From contig JAILIG010000117.1 in NCBI GenBank assembly GCA_024695445.1, forward strand, positions 1,041 through 65,040: DNA of 64,000 nt. The letters run 5' to 3'. Source of the DNA: Oscillospiraceae bacterium (GTDB taxonomy: Bacteria; Bacillota; Clostridia; Oscillospirales; Ruminococcaceae). Within the stretch, counting starts at the first letter, position 1; every line of letters starts with the position of its first letter. Position numbers and translations under genes: made by a program. Shown piece after piece: positions 59,436 through 64,000 of this stretch. Under the pieces are notes generated by a model. That model worked only from the letters and a program-made list of their open reading frames with translations. It was not told where the DNA came from and made no database searches.

Positions 59436-61103
59436 ATGTTAAAGGAACTGTCCATTGAAAACCTGGCAGTCATCGCTTCCGCTCAAATCCCGCTTGAAAC
59501 AGGGTTTAATGTGTTCACCGGAGAAACCGGTGCCGGCAAGTCCATTCTGATTCACGGAATCCAGGCAGTCCTCGGTCAGAGAACCAGCCGCGATTTCGTT
59601 CGTACCGGCTGTAAAAAAGCAACCGTTACGGCGGTCTTTTCTCCGGTTTCCGAAACAACCCGCGCCGTTCTCGCCGAATACGGGCAGGATACCGATGATA
59701 ACGCGCTGATCATATCGCGCGAAATTTCTGCGGACGGCGGCAGCATCGGAAGAGTCAACGGCAAAGCGGCTCCGGCAAATCTTCTGCGTGCGCTCGGAGA
59801 AACCTTGGTCGATATCCACGGCCAGCACGACAGTCAGATTCTGCTGCGTCCGGAACGGCATCTAGATATTCTCGATAATTTCGGTGATGACCGTTCTTTG
59901 CTGGAACAGTATCAGCATGAATTTTCCGGACTGCAGGCCGTTGCCCGCACACTGACGCAGCTCCGGAAAACCGAACAGGATAAAATGGACCGGCTCCGCA
60001 CCCTTCAGGAGACTATCAGTGAAATCGGTGAACTGGATCCGCAGCCGCAGGAAGATGTGCAGCTTGATGCACGCTTCCAGGCAGCAACCCAGGCCGAAGA
60101 CACCGCACAGCTTGCCGAATCCATCTCAGGAATGCTGACAGACAGAGACGAAAACATCTCTGACGCAATCTCATCAGCGGCAGAACTGCTAAACCGTCTG
60201 GCGGATGCAGAACCGGATGCACAACCGCTCGCGGAACGACTTCGCGCGCTGAATATTGAACTGCGGGACATTTCCGACGAGGTTTCCGCTTATGCCAATG
60301 GACAGCTCTCCCCAGAGGAATTTGAAAAACTGAACAACCGGCGCAATGCGGTCAACGAAACAGCGCTGCGGTACCATACGGATGCAGACGGACTGCGTGA
60401 GATCTATGAGCAGGCTGTCCGTGAGGTAGACGAAATCGAAAATGATTCTGACCGTTTGCGCAGCCTTGCTCAGGAACGGCAAACCAGACTGCACCGTGTA
60501 ACCGATCTGGCCAAGCAGCTCACCGCACACCGCATGAAACTGGCCGAGCAGTTTTCCGCTCGCGTGGCAGAAGAGCTTGAATATCTTAACATGCCAAAGG
60601 TACAGCTTTCTGTCAGACTGACGCAGGGAAAGCTGACGCCCAGAGGCATGGATCAGGCAGAGTTTCTGATTTCCGCCAATCCCGGAGAACCGCCGAAACC
60701 GATTGCACAAATCGCATCCGGCGGTGAACTTTCCCGCCTGATGCTTGCGCTGAAAGCCGTACTTGCAGAACGCGACCAAATCCCGACACTGATTTTCGAC
60801 GAGATCGACACAGGTGTCAGCGGCAAGGCAGCTCAAAAAATCGGAAAAAAACTGCGTGCGCTCTCTGCACATCATCAGATCATATGCGTGACACACCTAG
60901 CACAGCTTGCCACTCAGGCACAGCATCATCTGCTGATTGAAAAACACAGCACCGATACATCCACCAACACAGAAGTCACTGTGCTCGACCATGCACAGCG
61001 TGTCCGCGAAATTGCCCGCATTATGGGCGGCGAAGATGACTCTGCTCTGCTCCTGCAGACCGCCGAAGCCGCTCTGGAAGCCGCAGGAACTTTTCCAAAA
61101 TAA
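59436..61103 (+). CDS. recN: DNA repair protein RecN
   Basis: ATG 59436 (MLKELSIENLAVI). Walker A FTGETGAGKS, long coiled coil, signature SGGELSRLMLALK, Walker B LIFDEIDTG. Confidence 0.93.
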   Translation: MLKELSIENLAVIASAQIPLETGFNVFTGETGAGKSILIHGIQAVLGQRTSRDFVRTGCKKATVTAVFSPVSETTRAVLAEYGQDTDDNALIISREISADGGSIGRVNGKAAPANLLRALGETLVDIHGQHDSQILLRPERHLDILDNFGDDRSLLEQYQHEFSGLQAVARTLTQLRKTEQDKMDRLRTLQETISEIGELDPQPQEDVQLDARFQAATQAEDTAQLAESISGMLTDRDENISDAISSAAELLNRLADAEPDAQPLAERLRALNIELRDISDEVSAYANGQLSPEEFEKLNNRRNAVNETALRYHTDADGLREIYEQAVREVDEIENDSDRLRSLAQERQTRLHRVTDLAKQLTAHRMKLAEQFSARVAEELEYLNMPKVQLSVRLTQGKLTPRGMDQAEFLISANPGEPPKPIAQIASGGELSRLMLALKAVLAERDQIPTLIFDEIDTGVSGKAAQKIGKKLRALSAHHQIICVTHLAQLATQAQHHLLIEKHSTDTSTNTEVTVLDHAQRVREIARIMGGEDDSALLLQTAEAALEAAGTFPK

Positions 61104-61117
61104 TTTTGAAAAAGTGC

Positions 61118-61146
61118 TTGACAATTCACAAAGAATATGCTATAAT
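61118..61146 (+). promoter_or_regulatory. Consensus sigma-A promoter of rplJ-rplL
   Basis: TTGACA (61118-23), 17 nt ending in TGc, TATAAT (61141-46). It begins 15 nt after the recN stop. Confidence 0.65.
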
Positions 61147-61152
61147 AATTAA

Positions 61153-61340
61153 GCCTAATGAATTAGACAGTCCCGTATTCCAAAGACAGTCGGCAGATAA
61201 TCCGTTTGGGTTATCGGAAGTCCGGCCGAGGAGTGCCGGTTGTTTCATCTCGGATTATACGAATGAACTCCGCCTCTCCGTCCATCGGGAGAGGCTTTTT
61301 CATGCCTCCGCAGTCTGATTTACGGCAGATTCAATCAGGA
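61153..61340 (+). promoter_or_regulatory. Ribosomal protein L10 leader (autoregulatory 5' UTR) with attenuator hairpin
   Basis: About 190-nt structured leader between the promoter and rplJ. GCCTCTCC/GGAGAGGC hairpin followed by TTTTT at 61272-61300. Position matches the Firmicute L10 leader. No covariance model was run. Confidence 0.6.
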
Positions 61341-61350
61341 GGTGAAAATC

Positions 61351-61860
61351 ATGCCCAGCGAAAAGGTTTTGCAGGCAAAGCAGGAAAAGGTTCAGGCGCT
61401 GACTGAAAAGCTGAAGAGTGCGGCTGCGTGCGTTCTCGTCGATTACAAGGGAATCAATGTTGCGGACGACACCAAGCTCAGACGCGAGCTTCGTGAAGCA
61501 GGTGTGACCTACATGGTCGAAAAGAACACCCTGATCCGTCTTGCAATGCACAACATCGGATTCGAGCAGTTTGACGAAGTCCTGAACGGTACGACCGCAA
61601 TCGCAATCAGCGACGGTGACCAGACGGTTGCTGCACGAATCCTCGGCGAATTCGCTGACAAATCTGACGGAAAGTTCAGCCTGAAGGCTGGCTTCGTCGA
61701 CGGTGAGTTCTATGATGCCGCAGGTGTCAAGGCACTCTCCAAGATCCCGTCCAAGGAAGTCCTGCTCGCACAGCTCGTCGGCTCTCTCCAGGGCCCGATT
61801 CAGAAGCTTGCTGCAACGCTCCAGGCTCTCGTGGACAAAAAGAACGAAGAGGCAGCCTGA
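61351..61860 (+). CDS. rplJ: 50S ribosomal protein L10
   Basis: ATG 61351, 8 nt after AGGAGG. MPSEKVLQAKQEKVQALTEKLKSAAACVLVDYKGINVADDTKLRRELREAGV. Confidence 0.95.
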   Translation: MPSEKVLQAKQEKVQALTEKLKSAAACVLVDYKGINVADDTKLRRELREAGVTYMVEKNTLIRLAMHNIGFEQFDEVLNGTTAIAISDGDQTVAARILGEFADKSDGKFSLKAGFVDGEFYDAAGVKALSKIPSKEVLLAQLVGSLQGPIQKLAATLQALVDKKNEEAA

Positions 61861-61917
61861 TTACAGGCAGCCCGAAACCATTTTCCGATTTTATTATTTT
61901 TGTAAAGGAGAATTATC

Positions 61918-62289
61918 ATGGCTTCCGAAAAGACTATGAAGTTTATCGAAGATATCAAGGCGCTCTCCGTTCTCGAGCTGGCTGAGCTGGTCGAGGCAAT
62001 TCAGGAAGAGTTTGGTGTTACCGCTGTTGTTGCTGCTGCAGGTCCTGCAGGCGGCGCTGCTCCGGCTGAGGCTGAGAAGACTGAGTTTGATGTCGTTCTG
62101 ACCTCCTTCGGCGATGCCAAGATGGGCGTCATCAAGGCTGTCAAGGATCTGCTCGGTCTGGGCCTGAAGGAAGCAAAGGCTGCTGTTGAGGCTGCTCCGG
62201 CTACCCTGAAGGAAGGCGTTGCAAAGGCAGAGGCTGAAGAGCTGAAGAAGAAGCTCGAAGAGGCCGGCGCTACCATCGAGCTGAAGTAA
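61918..62289 (+). CDS. rplL: 50S ribosomal protein L7/L12
   Basis: 123 aa. N-terminal dimerisation helix, Ala/Gly hinge, C-terminal domain [43 protein letters not shown]. Confidence 0.95.
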   Translation: MASEKTMKFIEDIKALSVLELAELVEAIQEEFGVTAVVAAAGPAGGAAPAEAEKTEFDVVLTSFGDAKMGVIKAVKDLLGLGLKEAKAAVEAAPATLKEGVAKAEAEELKKKLEEAGATIELK

Positions 62290-62320
62290 TTTTACTTCCT
62301 CTGAATTCTGTCAAATTCAT

Positions 62321-62356
62321 AAAACGGCTTCGGCTTTTTGATCCGAAGCCGTTTTT
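62321..62356. terminator. Bidirectional terminator between rplL and barstar
   Basis: 13-bp perfect stem AAAACGGCTTCGG/CCGAAGCCGTTTT with a 9-nt loop. Confidence 0.8.
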
Positions 62357-62360
62357 CTGT

Positions 62361-62639
62361 TCAAACCATATTGACGGTCAGCACATCGGAATTTTCCCTT
62401 TCGGCCGCTTCAATCGCATTGATTGCAGCCCTTCCGTAGCCGCCGAGGCTGTTCAGCATGGACTGTACCCCGATCAGATTGATGGTCGTCGGACTGTTCA
62501 GGGAAGTCAGGCAGTCAAACAACGCATCGAGGTTTTCACCGTACCACGACGGCAGGCGCAGCCGCTGCGCAAAGATTTGATGAAAAGATTCCCGATCCCG
62601 GATTTCAGCACAGTTAATCGTTACCTGATACATCTTCAT
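62361..62639 (-). CDS. Barstar-family ribonuclease inhibitor
   Basis: 92 aa. ..FHQIFAQRLRLPSWYGENLDALFDCLTS.. matches the barstar core (YGxNLDALWDCLT). The start overlaps the barnase stop. Confidence 0.85.
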   Translation of the reverse strand: MKMYQVTINCAEIRDRESFHQIFAQRLRLPSWYGENLDALFDCLTSLNSPTTINLIGVQSMLNSLGGYGRAAINAIEAAERENSDVLTVNMV

Positions 62640-63304
62640 TCCCCCCCGTAAAGCAGCTCAAAGGTTTTATAGTGATCGCCGGTATAATAGATCAATCCGT
62701 CATTGGAAAAAACAATCCGTTTGGCACCCCGTGAAGATTTCCCTTTTGTGTCAATATCACATTCCGTGTACTGTCTTCCTTTTTTTGAAGGCAGACTGCC
62801 TTCATAATTTCCGAACGGAGATCCGCCGATGCTTTTTCCGGGCGCATAAGGCTCCAGCGAACCGCCTGACCACCCAAGCGCCTGCGCCTGTTTTTTTGTG
62901 ATGAAGTTTGAAGGCAGCTTCCCGTAAGTATGAATATAAAGTGCAACATCCTCTTTTGAAGTATAGCTTCCGTTCTTGTCGATCGAAGCAGAAGCGGTTG
63001 TTGCCGCAGTTGTATCAGATGTTGCTTTTGTTTTTGGGGTTTTAGCAGATTTCGATGTAGATTCTGCATCTGAAGCAGTTGTACTGGCTGTTGTCGTGCC
63101 GGAATCGGTAAGCTTTGAAGCAGAAGTTCTGCTTTCGAATGAGGTCACCGGCCGTTCAGATCCCGTGGAAGTACTGTCCTCGATTGCGATGGAATACTCT
63201 GTTTGACTGCTGTTCCCCTGCTGCTTCAAGCGAATGCCGGCAAAAACTGCAAGCAGCACCAGAATGAGCAGACAAGGAATAAGAGCATATACCCGTTTTT
63301 TCAT
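62636..63304 (-). CDS. Secreted/membrane-anchored barnase-type (N1/T1 superfamily) ribonuclease
   Basis: N-terminal TM/signal segment, Ser/Thr-rich linker. C-terminal domain YIHTYGKLPSNFITKKQAQALGW..APGKSIGG..YTECDID..AKRIVFSND..YYTGDHYKTF is collinear with B. amyloliquefaciens barnase. Confidence 0.88.
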   Translation of the reverse strand: MKKRVYALIPCLLILVLLAVFAGIRLKQQGNSSQTEYSIAIEDSTSTGSERPVTSFESRTSASKLTDSGTTTASTTASDAESTSKSAKTPKTKATSDTTAATTASASIDKNGSYTSKEDVALYIHTYGKLPSNFITKKQAQALGWSGGSLEPYAPGKSIGGSPFGNYEGSLPSKKGRQYTECDIDTKGKSSRGAKRIVFSNDGLIYYTGDHYKTFELLYGGE

Positions 63305-63336
63305 CCAACTCCTCCTTAGATCCTTTGATTATGCCC

Positions 63337-63365
63337 ATTATATCACATTTTTCGGCAAATGTAAA
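63337..63365 (-). promoter_or_regulatory. Sigma-A-type promoter of barnase-barstar
   Basis: Minus strand: TTTACA, 17 nt ending in TGa, TATAAT. Confidence 0.5.
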
Positions 63366-63418
63366 GACTAAACAAGACAGCGGCACAACAGGATCTCCGA
63401 AAAGATGCAAAAATCTGC

Positions 63419-63447
63419 TTGACAAATGCCGAATGCTGCTGTATAAT
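63419..63447 (+). promoter_or_regulatory. Consensus sigma-A promoter of the uracil permease gene
   Basis: TTGACA (63419-24), 17 nt, TATAAT (63442-47). Confidence 0.55.
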
Positions 63448-63494
63448 GAAAATACATGAAGCCGACAAGCCCGATCCCGGCAATGTCGCACCGG

Positions 63495-63524
63495 AAGCCT
63501 TGTCTGATTGAACAGGGCTTTTTT
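63495..63524 (+). terminator. Leader terminator (attenuator) upstream of the uracil permease gene
   Basis: AAGCCTTGT/ACAGGGCTT stem (one G-U pair), 8-nt loop, TTTTTT. It lies about 30 nt before the SD of the permease gene. Confidence 0.55.
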
Positions 63525-63554
63525 CATGTCAATTTTTAATTAGAGGAGGATCCC

Positions 63555-64000
63555 ATGAAACTCACTTACGGCATCTCGGACAAACCCCAATTCGGCCAGC
63601 TGATGATTCTTGCTTTGCAGCAAATGCTGGCAATTCTGGCGGCAACTATCGCGGTACCAATGATTATCGGAAACGGCATGACGCCGGCTGCAGCCATGTT
63701 CGGCGCCGGTGTCGGAACGATTATCTACCTTCTGTTTACCAAGTTCAAAAGCCCGGTTTTCCTCGGATCTTCTTTTGCATTTCTCGGCTCAATGAGTGCT
63801 GCATTTGCAGGCGGAATCTCCATGCAGCTCGGTATGCTCGGACTGATTGTCGGCGCACTGCTTGCAGGCCTTGTCTATATTCTCCTCGCAATCATCGTCA
63901 AACTGGTCGGCGTCCGGTGGATCAACCGCTTAATGCCGCCGGTCGTTATCGGACCGACTGTGGCGATCATCGGCCTTTCTCTGGCAAAAAACGCCGTCAG
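63555..64000 (+). CDS. NCS2-family uracil(/xanthine) permease, N-terminal part (3' end outside window)
   Basis: Hand-translated: MKLTYGISDKPQFGQLMILALQQMLAILAATIAVPMIIG..GTIIYLLFTKFKSPVFLGSSFAFLG..LMPPVVIGPTVAIIGLSL, collinear with PyrP/UraA. GAGGAGGA lies upstream. Not in the track because no stop falls within the window. Confidence 0.85.
   Translation, partial: MKLTYGISDKPQFGQLMILALQQMLAILAATIAVPMIIGNGMTPAAAMFGAGVGTIIYLLFTKFKSPVFLGSSFAFLGSMSAAFAGGISMQLGMLGLIVGALLAGLVYILLAIIVKLVGVRWINRLMPPVVIGPTVAIIGLSLAKNAV

Noticed and set aside
63448-63554. PyrR binding site or purine/xanthine riboswitch upstream of the uracil permease
   Set aside because: The leader is too short for a purine aptamer, and it lacks both the conserved junction nucleotides and the PyrR UCCAGAGAGG-type loop. 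It is kept only as an unexplained attenuator.

Overview
Chromosomal window from an endospore-forming, cellulosome-type Firmicute (class Clostridia). The Ruminococcaceae-like assignment is an inference from dockerin style, the spoIIIA operon and promoter/SD style. It is densely coded on both strands, with about 62 protein genes.

I found no rRNA, tRNA, CRISPR array, transposase, integrase or prophage signature.

Main blocks:
- 1-6.9 kb: hom (5' truncated), clpB, an RHH protein, alaX, a corA-like gene.
- 6.9-9.9 kb: a secreted LTD-CotH-dockerin protein.
- 10-16.7 kb, minus strand: a TSCPD-ohrR operon, then a tight secG-rnr-lysR-SGNH-GH25 array.
- 17.9-22.1 kb, minus strand: a prfA-tsaC(sua5)-coaE-M18 aminopeptidase array in which coaE has no stop codon.
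- 22.3-25.3 kb: Y-family polymerase, YolD and a dockerin protein of unknown function.
- 25.5-41.9 kb: thrH, a PBP-GGDEF(degenerate)-AraC regulator, three dockerin-bearing carbohydrate-active enzymes, small regulator and transporter genes, and a LysR/MATE pair.
- 44.1-61.1 kb: a block collinear with the Bacillus efp-spoIIIA-nusB-xseAB-dxs-argR-recN region. It also holds an FMN riboswitch-ribU unit, sigK and spoIIIAA-AH.
- 61.1-64 kb: an isolated L10 leader-rplJ-rplL unit, a barnase/barstar pair, and the start of a uracil permease gene.

I could not identify a clear multi-gene novel system such as a defence island. The best second-look items are:
- the sugar-binding/degenerate-GGDEF/AraC one-component regulator;
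- the dockerin-tagged CotH kinase-like protein with a Gly/Trp/Asp repeat;
- the OhrR-TSCPD operon;
- the stop-less coaE fused in frame to an aminopeptidase;
- an orphan minus-strand mini-gene (26 codons) between alaX and corA;
- rplJL uncoupled from rplKA/rpoBC next to barnase-barstar.

All family assignments come from motif recognition by eye. No database search was run.
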